NCBI GenBank assembly: GCA_964016885.1
Contig: OZ024743.1
Span: 155,186,001 to 155,250,000 of the forward strand
Length of the DNA: 64,000 nucleotides
Source: Eledone cirrhosa
Taxonomy: Eukaryota
Reading direction: 5' to 3'
Each line of letters opens with the position of its first letter. Positions within the stretch are counted from its first letter, which is position 1. Positions 1-11,772 of this stretch are shown one piece after another. The notes under the pieces are model-generated. The model was not told the DNA's origin. It searched no databases and saw nothing but the letters and a program-made list of their open reading frames with translations. Made by a program: the position numbers and the translations under genes.

Positions 1-832
1 AAAGTAACAAAGAAAAATTCCCCAATAGGGGGGAGACTTCCGAGGGACATTTGTGGAGAAAGCCCATTAAAAGACCACAGTGGCCCTGACCACCAGGGCA
101 AGTGCCCTCTCCCAGTTTTCCACCTTTAATTTACAGACACATACTCAGAGAAAGCCCATTCATTCGGGCCATACTTGCTTCTCTCACCCATCTTTCAACA
201 AAATGCTGGGAAGAGAGCACTTCCCTCTCTACCCTGATTTTCCTTTTCAGATGAAATTTGAAAAAGTTAATCAGGGCATCACCGAGAGGTAAGTGGTCGT
301 CTTCAGGCCTTTCAAACGTGTCCACCATACTATCTCTTTCGCCATGGCCACCAGACAGATAAAAACTGCCTGCCCTTCCCGGCTAAAGGAAGGGGGCGGG
401 GCAATCCTCACGATGGACTCAGTTGATAGCTGGATCCGTCCTACACGTGACAGCAGGTGTTCGACATAAACCCACAAGCCAGCAATGCTCGGACACTGGA
501 CGAGTGCGTGAAGGACGGTTTCGTCGCCCTGCGCGCATCTCGGACATGCCCGTTTGACGGCACCTCCATGCCTGTAGAGTTTATCCCGAACTGGCAAAGC
601 TCCTCGGTAGCACTGCCAGGCCAGGGATTTCTGGAAGTTGTCCATAGGCCCCGGCCCGAAAGTCCTTCCGAAGAGATTGGCTAGTAGATTTTCGTCGACG
701 CCTAGAGTTTCTCCAAGTACGTCGTCGCTCTTCCGCTCCACTAATCCCCTATAGAACGCCAAGGTGGAGTTTCCACCGATCACATTGCCCGATTGGTCGA
801 GGGCTGTGAGCGCCTGAAGACATTCCAGTCTC
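1..832 (-). mobile_element. L1/Tx1-clade LINE, 5'-truncated 3' fragment (C-terminal zf-RVT region and 3' UTR); runs off the window start
   Basis: ORF 271..834 has FQKSLAWQCYRGALPVRDKL..CPRC..ETVLHALVQC. It is homologous to the ends of the copies at 35.7-36.6k, 43.1-43.9k and 44.7-45.2k. The 5' end abuts (AAT)n at 833-853. Confidence 0.9.
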
Positions 833-853
833 AATAATAATAATAATAATAAG

Positions 854-2441
854 GACTAGATAAATGCGCCAGAGCAACGTTCAACAGAGGAAAGCTGCTG
901 AAGAGTTCAGACATTAATCTTGATCGGGGGAACGTGATAAGAGAACTTGATCAAGAAAAAACTTACAAATATCTAGGTGTTTGTGAAGGAGGCGGAATCA
1001 AGCACTCGACAATGAGGGAAAGGATAAGGAAGGAATATTACCGCAGAGTAAGAGCAATCTTGAGAACGGAATTGAATGCAAGGAATAGGATCGATGCCAT
1101 AAACACGCTTGCCATACCAGTAGTAACCTACAGTTACAATGTCATCAACTGCTCAAGCAAAGAGATCCGTAGGCTCGATACAAAAATTCGAAAATTCTTA
1201 ACCATGCACAGAATGCATCACCCTAAGGCAGATATAGATAGAATATATCTCCCTAGGAAAGAAGGAGGACGTGGGTTAATCCAGTTAGACATTGCGTTGA
1301 AAACTGCAACAATATGATTATCTACATATCTAAGGGAATCACATGATTGGATGATCAAACTCGTTTTGAAACACGAAAGCATCAACAGATCATATTCCAT
1401 TACAAAAGATGCACAAATATACAGTAATGGACTACAAATTTCAGAAGTCCCATTTACTGCTGAAATGGTAAACACAGAAAAAGCAAAGCAGGTAAAAGTA
1501 ACTGCAAAGAAAGAACTGCTACAGAAACTGGCTAAGAAATGGCAAGAAAAGCCTCTGTATGGAAAATACCCAGAGCGAGCTAACAATCCTGATGTTGTCA
1601 AAACTTTAACCCATCAGTGGTTGGCATCCTCTGGACTGAAATCGGAGACTGAAGGACTGATTATATCGGCACAAGATCAGTGTCTGCCAACAAAACTTAC
1701 CAACATAATAAAAAATGGGTGCAGCCCATTATGCCGTGTATGCAAAAAACAACCAGAGACCATTGACCATATAATTTCAATGTGCAGTCCTATAGCTCCA
1801 ACCGAATACCTAAACAGGCATGACAGAGCTGCACAATACATATATTGGATAATGTGAAAGCATTTTGACCTGCCCCATCAAAAGAATTGGTGGGAGCATC
1901 AACCACCTCCCATACTTGAAAAAGATCACATCTCAATCTTGTGGAACTTTAGCATCCAAACAGACCGAAAAATAGATGCAAATAGACCTGATATAATATT
2001 GAAGGACTTTCAAAAGAGGGTACGCCTGCTAATTGATATGTCTGTTCCAATATACAAGAATGTATCTATAAAAACATTTGAAAAATTGAACAAGTATAAG
2101 GACCTGGAGATAGAATTTGGAAAAATGTGGAAATTGAGAACTAAAACAATACCAGTGGTTGTAGGCGCTCTGGGAATGATACCTAAGGGATCTAATGATT
2201 ACTTATCGCAAATCCCAGGAAACCCGCGTATAGGAGAAATACAAAAGATAGTACTAATGGGAACTGCCCATATATTAAGGAAGATTCTGTCAATATAAGT
2301 ACATCACAAGTCTAAACACTAAAGATGCATGTGTGAATATGTATGTTCTTTCCTGAACATGGCGGACCTTGTTGTCTCTTGAGGTCACTGGTTGTGACTT
2401 GGTGATAACTCGTATGAACATAAAGCAAGATAAATGCAACT

Positions 2442-2474
<33 letters not shown>
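854..2474 (+). mobile_element. R4/Dong-type RLE non-LTR retrotransposon family A, 5'-truncated, with (TAA)n tail
   Basis: Stop-broken ORFs 934-2298 contain YKYLG, RIYLPRKEGGRGL, the knuckle CRVCKKQPETIDHIISMC, RHD and the RLE motifs RPDI/IDMSVP/EKLNKYKDL. TAA tracts flank both ends. Confidence 0.92.
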
Positions 2475-2475
<1 letters not shown>

Positions 2476-3049
2476 GGCTTCACGGACCCACCATATTTAT
2501 CAATGCCAGTACCCGTTGTATCTCAGCGCACTCAAAGGGCAATGTGTGTTGAGCCAAATAACTATGCGTATACATTACCAGAGTATACACGTAGTTATTT
2601 GCCTCAACACAACACAGGTAAAACGGGTGCCTATAAGGGTGCTGGACTCGAGTTTCTGCAGCACTAATGCAGCAGTAAGGTGCACTGCACCATCTGTCTG
2701 AATATATTATGCAAAAATGCACAATCGGTTTATGCGGCTTCATCACCGGGTATCGCCTAATCAATAACCAATCGATCGACATAATACAAACACCGGCCCA
2801 TGCCGGTCATGGCTGTTTGTGACAACCAACACGGTACATCAATTAACTGGCAACCCATAGGACTCTATCTCTCAACTAGCCACTGATTTACAAATTTTAC
2901 GGGGGGACGGGAAGCTAAAAAGTATCAATCTATTAGTTCCTGTCAGAAGACCTCAGCCAACCTGTCTCACACACAAATCATCAAGGGGTGAAAAGATGGC
3001 TATTAGAAATAGCAGTTCACTTTGATATAAAATAGAATGGTAGCATTCG
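2475..3049 (-). mobile_element. ~570 bp non-coding dispersed element with a degenerate hammerhead (solo pLTR or retrozyme-like)
   Basis: Reverse-complement homolog lies at 62439-62998 with matching ends. Minus-strand motif GTGATGA..GAAACTCGAGTC at 2641-2750. Confidence 0.7.
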
Positions 3050-3727
3050 CTATGTATAAATAAGCATGGAAATAGGAAAATAATGACTTCACTTGCAGTT
3101 CTAAAGAGTTTTTGTTTTAATTTTATAATATAATATTATGTGATGTTAGATCTAGTAAGTTCTTTGTTAACTTCGGTTATATATATGTATATAAGTATAT
3201 ATATATGCATATCTGTGTATATATATATATATATATGTGCATGTGTGGGTATGCATATATATATGTAGTTCTACGATTTCTACGTGTGAGAGAGTGTGTG
3301 CGTAGGCATTTTATGCATGTGTGAGTATATATGTGGATCGTGTATAAGTGGATATATTTTTTATTTATATATATATATCCGATTTTTTTAATAATTTTTC
3401 TTACTTGTAATTCTCGTGATAGGTGCGTCCGTTGAATTCTAAAATCCCTGTTCGCTTATGCTCTATGATTTTTTTGTGTTTTTGCTGGTTCGTCTACCGA
3501 TTTAATTTGATTACTGTCGTGTTAACACTTGACTGAGAATCAGCCTTGGAGTTTCGTATGGGGTGCCATCACAGAGACCGAGCCAGCTGCTTCGGTAAAA
3601 TGTATAACCATGTTTAAGCAATAAATCTCCTATGTAACATAGTTTTTATTTCATGCACTCTGTTCTGCATCGAGTGCGGACTTTGGTTATCTTACCAGTT
3701 TTCTTTGGATTTACTGAACTTTCAGCA

Positions 3728-3758
<31 letters not shown>

Positions 3759-3883
3759 GTAGGAGGTGAGTTTTATTGTAGTACAATAAAGCAATGCAGA
3801 TATCGGATAAGAAGCACTCTACAGTTTGTAGGACTGGAGTATACATAATATAAGATCAAAAGATGGTTAAAGGAGTTCCATGT

Positions 3884-3952
3884 ATTTTATTATGCGCATT
3901 TCAAAAACAAACATCATCATTCAATAATATTTGTGTTTTCATCAGATAAAAC
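3884..3952 (-). ncRNA. Minimal type I hammerhead ribozyme motif
   Basis: GTTTTAT CTGATGA [long stem II] GAAA TGCGCA TA^ ATAAAAT; helix III is the palindrome ATGCGCAT. Confidence 0.8.
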
Positions 3953-5571
3953 AGGAGAACATGATATGAAGGATAAAAAACACTTGTGGATAGTGCAGTT
4001 TTAAATCAACATATGAAAAGTGGTTTTAGATTGATGTGTGATATTGGGAAAAATATTTTATTTAGAGAGGGGGGTGGAAAGGATGAAAAAGGGGAGGAGA
4101 TGAGAGGGAGAGATGGGTGATAGAGAGAAAGAGATAGTTTTTATAACTGAGAGGAGATATATTGTTTTACATAGAGAGGTTGAAAACCGTTGGAAGATAA
4201 TGTATAAATTAAAAATTTGAAAATTAACGAAGGGAGGATATGTGCGAGGAAAGAATATTTTATTTAGGGAGGGGTGGGTGGAAAGGATGAAAAAAGGGGG
4301 AGGAGATGAGAGTGAAGGTGGAGAGGGAGAGATGGGTGATAGAGAGAAAGAGATAGTTTTTATAACTGATATATAACTTCATCCTCATACTTGAACAGCT
4401 CTCTATCTAAAATCTGTAATCTCTGCCTAAATGAAAAATTTACCATTATCTCTAACCTAGATTCTATAATAAATAGTCGTACAGATTTATTTTCTATCTG
4501 CCTGCAGATTTTCCATAGGACTTTTCACAAAGTATACAGTTAATATTCAATTCTTTATCAATTTAGAATCTTTTCTCAAAGGCACATGTACATACACCTC
4601 TTTAAAATATACCCATCTTCCCACCTTACTTTAAAGGGCATTATACACTCTATAATACTTGTTTACTCATTACCCTCATTCTATCTTCACCTTGTAAAAT
4701 CCTTCATAACATATACATTTATTTTTTTGACGTTAGAATATTCATCCGCAATCATTATTATTTTTTCTCTCTATCATAAATCTTTTTAATCTCAATTTCA
4801 TCCTTAATTTATTATTTTTTTCTCCCCATCAACGAACTCATTCTTAATACATATTAACTCTTTATTCGCATATATAATCAATTCCTTCAATATACAAACT
4901 TTAACTTCACATTATTTTTCTCAAATCTTTCTACACACAAACCTTAATAATTTTTCTCTTCGTTAATTTTGAAATTGCCACAATACTTATCAACACACAC
5001 TTTTTTTGACGTTAGAATATTCATCCACAATTATTATTTTTTCTCTCTATCTTCATACATAAATTCCCTTCGTTAATTTTCAAATTCCTTTAATTTATAC
5101 ATTATCTTCCAACGGTTCTCAACCTCTCTATATAAAACAATATATATTTTTCTCAGTTATAAAAAACTATCTCTTTCTCTCTATCACCCATCTCTCCCTC
5201 TCCACCTTCACTCTCATCTCCTCCCCCTTTTTTCATCCTTTCCACCCACCCCCTCCCTAAATAAAATATTCTTTCCTCGCACATATCCTCCCTTCGTTAA
5301 TTTTCAAATTTTTAATTTATACATTATCTTCCAACGGTTTTCAACCTCTCTATTTAAAACAATATATCTCCTCTCAGTTATAAAAACTATCTCTTTCTCT
5401 CTATCACCCATCTCTCCCTCTCATCTCCTCCCCTTTTTCATCCTTTCCACCCCCCTCTCTAAATAAAATATTTTTCCCAATATCACACATCAATCTAAAA
5501 CCACTTTTCATATGTTGATTTAAAACTGCACTATCCACAAGTGTTTTTTAGCCTTCATATCATGTTCTCCT

Positions 5572-5640
5572 GTTTTATCTGATGAAAACACAAATATTAT
5601 TGCATGATGATGTTTGTTTTTGAAACGCGCATAATAAAAT
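5572..5640 (+). ncRNA. Minimal type I hammerhead ribozyme motif (duplicate at 18142-18210)
   Basis: GTTTTAT CTGATGA AAACACAAATATTATT-GCAT-GATGATGTTTGTTTTT GAAA CGCGCA TA^ ATAAAAT. Stem I is 7 bp and stem II ~16 bp. The 18 kb copy has the perfect palindrome ATGCGCAT. Confidence 0.8.
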
Positions 5641-5671
5641 ACATGGAACTCCTTTAACCATCTTTTGATCT

Positions 5672-5746
<75 letters not shown>

Positions 5747-5880
5747 TGCTGAAAGTTCAGTAAATCCAAAGAAAACTGTTAAGATAACCAAAGTCAGCAC
5801 TCGATGCAGAACAGAGTGCATGAAATAAAAACTATGTTACATAGGAGATTTATTGCTTAAACATGGCATATATATATATA

Positions 5881-6245
5881 TTAGAATATAAGTATTAATA
5901 AAATAGATGCTCTTTTGATCAATTACATTTTATTATAAATATTTCGGATGTACAACAGTACGTCCTCATCAGACAAAATATAATGATACATGACATACCC
6001 TCAGATGTTAAATGGTTTAAATTTAATCAAGGTCGTCTTAACCATTTAACATCTCAGGGTATGTCATGTATCAATATATATTGTCTGATGAGGAAGTACT
6101 GTTGTACATCTGAAATATGTATAATAAAATGTAATTGATCAAATGAACATATATTTTATTAATACTTATATTTTAAAATTAATAACTCCAGAAAATTATT
6201 AACCGTTCTCATTCTTTGACATAATCATTGAATATTGTTTAACAC

Positions 6246-6250
<5 letters not shown>
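5881..6250. mobile_element. Fold-back Penelope-type pLTR mini-element: palindrome 5881-6017/6040-6176 with a hammerhead in each arm (duplicate starts 18445)
   Basis: Plus arm: CTGATGA GGAAGTAC-TGTT-GTACATCT GAAA TATGTA TA^ ATAAAAT (6078-6130). Minus arm: ATTTTGT CTGATGA GGACGTAC-TGTT-GTACATCC GAAA TATTTA TA^ (5927-5979). (TA)n on both sides. Confidence 0.85.
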
Positions 6251-6307
<57 letters not shown>

Positions 6308-6448
6308 ATGATAATATATGTGAAGACTAAAATCCAAAGAGTTTCAGAAGTTTCCGTTAAGGGTGAAAGCACCGATTCTTTGCTTAAACTTTAATGATGC
6401 TGTATTAAATAAATAAATAAGTTAATAAATAAATATATATGTATATAT

Positions 6449-6862
6449 ATTATTCAGAATAATAATAAATGAAGATATTCACATAATCAAAATATATATT
6501 TTATTATATATTTTTGAAGGTACCTTGCTGTTTTTCTAGTACGACCTCGTCAGATAAGATACATGAATTGATGTATGACATCCCTCAACTGTCTTGATAG
6601 TTCAATTACTGTAATTGAACTATCAATACAGTTGAGGTATGTCGTAGATCAATTCATGTATCTTATCTGACGGGGACGTACTGAAAAAACAGCACAGGCC
6701 CATCGAAATATATATAATAAAACATGTACTTTGATTATGTGAATGTCTTCATTTATTATTATTCTGAATAATAATAACTCCATAAAACTCTACTGTAGAG
6801 TGCATTTAATCTATTGTAAAACGGCATTCATTGAGAAATCAATGAACCATATTAATATTTGG

Positions 6863-6864
<2 letters not shown>
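6449..6864. mobile_element. Fold-back pLTR mini-element: palindrome 6449-6609/6611-6772 with degenerate hammerheads (duplicate starts 19013)
   Basis: Centre is CAATTAC-T-GTAATTG at 6610. Cores are CTGACGG (+) and CTGACGA (-), with GAAATATATATAATAAAA on the plus arm. The unpaired tail is related to 7690-7780. Confidence 0.75.
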
Positions 6865-6911
<47 letters not shown>

Positions 6912-7600
6912 AATGGAAAAAATGAATTTTCATTTCTCACTCTTAGTACGAGTGACACTTAAGTATCAGTATGTATACGTACATACATATATGTATACAT
7001 ACGTAGAGTAGTATGTATATACATACATACATGCACACACATATATATATATATATGTACGTATGGGTTTACCGAACATTTATTATAATGTTCGGTTTGT
7101 TTGTAAACACACAGCCCAAATTAAGCCGACACAGTGTTCGGCAAACATCGGTGCCCTTTTGTTCAAAACTGACAAAGGAAGGATGAACTAGTTTCTAGCT
7201 TATTAGCTGTCATCAGCACAGTATACCTTCCTGTCAGTCGATTGAAGTACTGTACGTCTGTGTACATACTACTGTATACATACGTTTTTTTTTAATCCCC
7301 TTCATTTTCCCTTTATTCTCCTCACATCTTCCCTTTATTTTGTTTTCATTCCTCTTTTCTTTTATAACTTTTTTTCTCATTTTATTCATTCATACATTTA
7401 TTTATTTATTTTTTTATTTGTTTATTTCCTGCCTTTTCCTATTATTTGCCTCCCCCTTCTATATTTCCACCTTGCTGCACGTCCTTTTCTTCTTTAAGTT
7501 ATCATATTGTTTGGGGTAAAAACGTTGAGATTTGGAGAAATAAATATCACTGGAATTGAATAATCAAAACCGTAGCGGTATGTCAAATATCAAATCTCAT

Positions 7601-7661
7601 ATTTTGTCTGATGAACACGTACTTAAACACCATTGCACCTTTGAAATATGTATAATAAAAT
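7601..7661 (+). ncRNA. Minimal hammerhead motif in a solo pLTR/3' UTR fragment (~7280-7780); duplicate at 20163-20223
   Basis: ATTTTGT CTGATGA .. GAAA TATGTA TA^ ATAAAAT. Stem I is intact and stem II is decayed. Confidence 0.6.
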
Positions 7662-7780
7662 ATATATTTTTATTAAGAGAACATTTTTTAAACACTCCAG
7701 GAAAATATCTTGTCGACTGCTTCTAATCTATTGTAAAATTGTATTCGTTGATTAATCAACGAACCCTATTAATCTTTGGT

Positions 7781-7919
<139 letters not shown>

Positions 7920-7939
7920 GATATTATATGTATATATAG

Positions 7940-8668
7940 TTGGATGAACACAGAAAATGACACGTGTTCCAATTGCAAATGATTAAGTTAACTAGGTTAA
8001 ATAAATATGAATTTAAAACAATTTGGTTTGCCTGACTGGATTTAAAGTAGTAAATCAATAAAAATAACAAAACTATATCGGGCAATAGCCTTAGATACCC
8101 GGTCAGACATAAAGCTGTTTTGCAAGAATTATTAACTGAAAGCCAGAATTCCTGTGCTCTTTTGCCAGTATCCAGGAAAATTCGTACCTTTCACTTCAAA
8201 GGATCTAAGAATGAACGATATGCTGATATAAACGCACATGTCGCAGCGCATAGCACGTCTCCACGCATGCCGCTAAAAATAGCAGCCGGGTTTATGAGAC
8301 TAAAGTTAGCTCTACATAAGGAGCCGAGAATATCATAGATTGAGTTAGAAACTCAAAATAGTATTTTACAATTAAATAGCTCAAAGAAGGGAATCTTTCA
8401 GAGCCGTGTAATATAATTGAATATATGAGAGGGATGAACGCGGATATAAGTATACATGTGTTCCAATTGCAAATGACCAAGTTAGCTAGGAAGAAAAAAT
8501 ACTAATTTAAAACAATATGGTTTGCCTGACTCGATTTAAAGTAATAAATCAATACAAATAACAAACCTATATCGATACCCGGACACCCTATATCTGCTGC
8601 TAGGCGGTTCTTTGAGGTATTTAATTTTAAAATACTATTTTGAGTTTCTAACTGAATCTATGATATTT
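7940..8668. repeat. Unclassified element: ~160 bp diverged direct repeats (~7943-8102, ~8433-8582) plus a ~60 bp inverted repeat (~8329-8388 / ~8608-8667), bounded by (TA)n
   Basis: GTGTTCCAATTGCAAATGA..GGTTTGCCTGAC..GATACCCGG occurs twice. ATATCATAGATTGAGTTAGAAACTCAAAATAGTA is present in both orientations. Confidence 0.7.
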
Positions 8669-8675
8669 ATATATA

Positions 8676-8793
<118 letters not shown>

Positions 8794-8921
8794 AAAGTTT
8801 TATTTAAAATTGTTGGGTTACAAGGAGTAAATATTTTATAACTGATATAAAAGCACTCAACAAGTTTTGGAGTATTTTACGATATTAAACAAATGGAAAC
8901 TACATTTATAAAACCATATTT

Positions 8922-8985
8922 ATTTCATTATATATATTTCAGGGATATCATATTAAAAATATGGTATGCCCTCTTCAGACAAAAT
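8922..8985 (-). ncRNA. Minimal hammerhead in the Penelope 3' pLTR (duplicate 21552-21615)
   Basis: ATTTTGT CTGAAGA GGGCATACCATATT-TTT-AATATGATATCCCT GAAA TATATA TA^ ATGAAAT. Confidence 0.8.
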
Positions 8986-9292
8986 ACAATATATAAACAG
9001 TTTTATAAATAAATTTGACATACCTTAAAACTTTACAACTTCCATTTAAAAGTGTTGTTATGGTAGTGAAAATGTTAAGGACAGTTAGAAAGAAAGACGA
9101 AGAGAAAAAAGAAAGAAAGTGTATAGTGCTAAGGACAGTTAGAGAGGAAGGCGAAGAAAATGAAGAAATGTATGTAAAGAAAAAAAACAACAGAGCGAGA
9201 TAGAGAGAGAGAGATATGGGAGAGAGAAATATTGAGGAGGTGAAAAATGAATAACGTACAAATGAGAGATTTAGGAGGGAAGGGGGTACTGT

Positions 9293-9325
<33 letters not shown>

Positions 9326-10449
9326 GTGTTAAGGATACGGAGAGAAATAAAAATAAAAATAAATAAAGAGAGGTAGAAAGAGGTATAGGTGGTGGGAGAA
9401 AAGAGGTAGATCGAGTAATATCTATTATACGAGGTGGGAGAGATAGGGGAGGGGTGAGATACAGGAGGTAGAGTTAAAACAGCCGATACATAAGTCCCGT
9501 CAAATGTAGAGGGAGGATGAGAAGAGATATATTCAGAAATACAGATGATAGTTTTAAAATATTATGTTTCATCAGTCTATCAATTCTTATGAATTAGGTA
9601 TTATCATGTAAATATCAATATTCATGAAGGAGATACATATCAATAATGTGTGAAAAAATAATAACTATATGTTTAGTTTAAAAATTCTTAGGTTTATAAT
9701 CAAAATCTCAGATAAAACTTCAAAAAAATACTGAAATACATAAGTATATATTTATTTTCATGAAAAAAGAAAAAGAAAAAAGAGAAAGAAAAGGAGAAGG
9801 TTATCTCAAATTCAAGTTGACATTATAGACACACATGTGAGTTTACGTGATCAGCTCCGTAAATTTTTATTTCACATGAAAATCTTCATTGCGTTACAAA
9901 AGATTCTACCATACATATATGTACATACATATATATATACATAAAATATACGTTATTAATAATAATATTCTTGCCCTCTCTTACATGATTATCGTTAAAG
10001 CATAGAATAGACAACAGATATCAATATATTAAAAACGCCAAGAATATTTCACTCTCCAGATTATCTAGGGCCGTAAGAAAACACAGTGTGCCCCGCATAT
10101 CAATCACAGAAATCAGCCCTTCCAATTTATTTGACAATATATTGCCAAGTTCATTAGAAGCAATCAGAATCAAAAGCAAACTAAACCAAAATTATTCAAC
10201 AAAACTTATTTAGCAGAAATCATAAAAAAAAAACTGTAGGATACCCGGTTGTTCTACAGATGCTCTTATATTTATTATAGAAGTTTATCTAACTTAAAAA
10301 TGTTATTCAATAGATTGGGAGCATCACCATTTTAAGGTAGTTTAATTACATCATTAATTATATACTCATGAAGAAGGTTTAAAAAATTGAAGGAATCGAA
10401 AGATTTATCGCCAAGTTTCATAAATAATTAAAAATCTTAAGTAAATATA

Positions 10450-11385
10450 CTACATTTTAAATTTATATTTATATTTAAAAGTTGAGTTCAATCTATGTCT
10501 GCAGCAACTGAATAAATTGGTCCGTAAATTAAGGGAATTTTTAGATTTTAGTATAAAGAATATCTCCTCCGCGCAGAGGTCATATGTCTCAGAAGAGGAA
10601 TTAAAAGGAATCCCTCTTGAGACTATATTCCAAACCATCGAATATCCAACGTTATCATGTTTATGTTGCCAGAGTAAGCCTGATAGTGATGTTGAAGATT
10701 TTTTGTTTGGATCCGTGAAAGAATTCTTGTGATTATTATAACGAAGTTTAAATTCTGTCGAGGTGGAACCAACATAATTAAAAGAATTTAAGTCAGTTTT
10801 AACATTACAGTTGTATATTATATTTTTAACTAAGCAATTGTTATTTAACGGGCATTTAGATCTATCTCTACAGTTACAGTTGTTTACTTGAATATTGTTT
10901 AGGCTATTATCGGTATTTTGGCTAGGTTTTAGATTCCTATTATTTATTCTATTAATATTTTGTGCTAAATTTTTGGTGGACGAGTAGGTTAATTTTATAG
11001 TATGTCTATTGAAAATTCAGTGATACTTATGTGTTCTAGGGAAGCGTTTGTCAAGAGCATTAAAAAATAGTTTAGCGATGTGGGTTTTAATGTTTAGTGA
11101 GAAGGGGGGGGGGGGGGGCAAACCAAATTATATTTCTAGTTCTATTTCTTTTCTGGTTTTTGGAATTATCGTAATTCTTTCTATTATAGTTGTTAAAGTT
11201 GTTACCGTAATTAAAATTGCTGTTATTTTGGTTAGTTTGTCTATTATTATCGATGTACATAATTGTATCACTATATCCTGCTCTAGCTAACGCTTCATTG
11301 TAATACTGGGCTTTTTCGTCGAAAATATTTTTATTAGATGGGATTCTAGAGATACGTTTTTGAACAGAGTTCACTATAGTATTAT
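10450..11385 (-). pseudogene. Penelope-like RT-thumb/GIY-YIG coding remnant (frameshift in the G-run at ~11104-11118, one in-frame TGA)
   Basis: IIY..YVG GIY-YIG motif, R and E catalytic positions and a CxC-x5-C-x5-C linker. Confidence 0.85.
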
Positions 11386-11512
11386 TCTTTTTTCTCTTCG
11401 TCTTTCTTTCTAACTGTCCTTAACATTTTCACTACCATAACAACTTTTTTAAATGGAAGTTGTAAAGTTTTAAGGTATGTAAATTTTTTTTATAAAACTG
11501 TTTATATATTGT

Positions 11513-11576
11513 ATTTTGTCTGAAGAGGGCATACCATATTTTTAATATGATATCGCTGAAATATATATAATGAAAT
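11513..11576 (+). ncRNA. Minimal hammerhead in the inverted pLTR (duplicate 24146-24209)
   Basis: Same motif as 8922-8985 on the opposite strand. Confidence 0.75.
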
Positions 11577-11607
11577 AAATATGGTTTTATAAATGTAGTT
11601 TAATATC

Positions 11608-11657
<50 letters not shown>

Positions 11658-11661
<4 letters not shown>

Positions 11662-11709
11662 CTCCTACTGTATTTCTCCTACTACCAACCAGAGAAATAC
11701 AGTAGGAGA

Positions 11710-11711
<2 letters not shown>
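11658..11711. repeat. Small ~20 bp-arm hairpin embedded in (TA)n
   Basis: TTTCTCCTACTGTATTTCTC-13 nt-GAGAAATACAGTAGGAGAAA; a related copy lies at ~11797-11817. Confidence 0.85.

Positions 11712-11772
<61 letters not shown>

Larger units (their letters stand above)
3607..5866. repeat. Long inverted repeat (arms ~3607-4368 and ~5153-5866): non-coding Penelope-type 3' UTR/pLTR with an inverted copy
   Basis: The arms are near-perfect reverse complements. Each has an internal (TA)n and a hammerhead. An internal ~225 bp tandem sub-repeat starts at ~5065 and ~5290. Confidence 0.9.

Noticed and set aside
3520-3606. Minus-strand CTGTGA TGG-CACC-CCA TAC GAAAC hammerhead-like string
   Set aside because: The core lacks a base and I found no convincing stem I or III.
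11005-11015. In-frame TGA in the Penelope ORF as selenocysteine
   Set aside because: It falls in HKYH*IFNR, not at a Cys position, and the copy has other lesions. A nonsense mutation is more likely.
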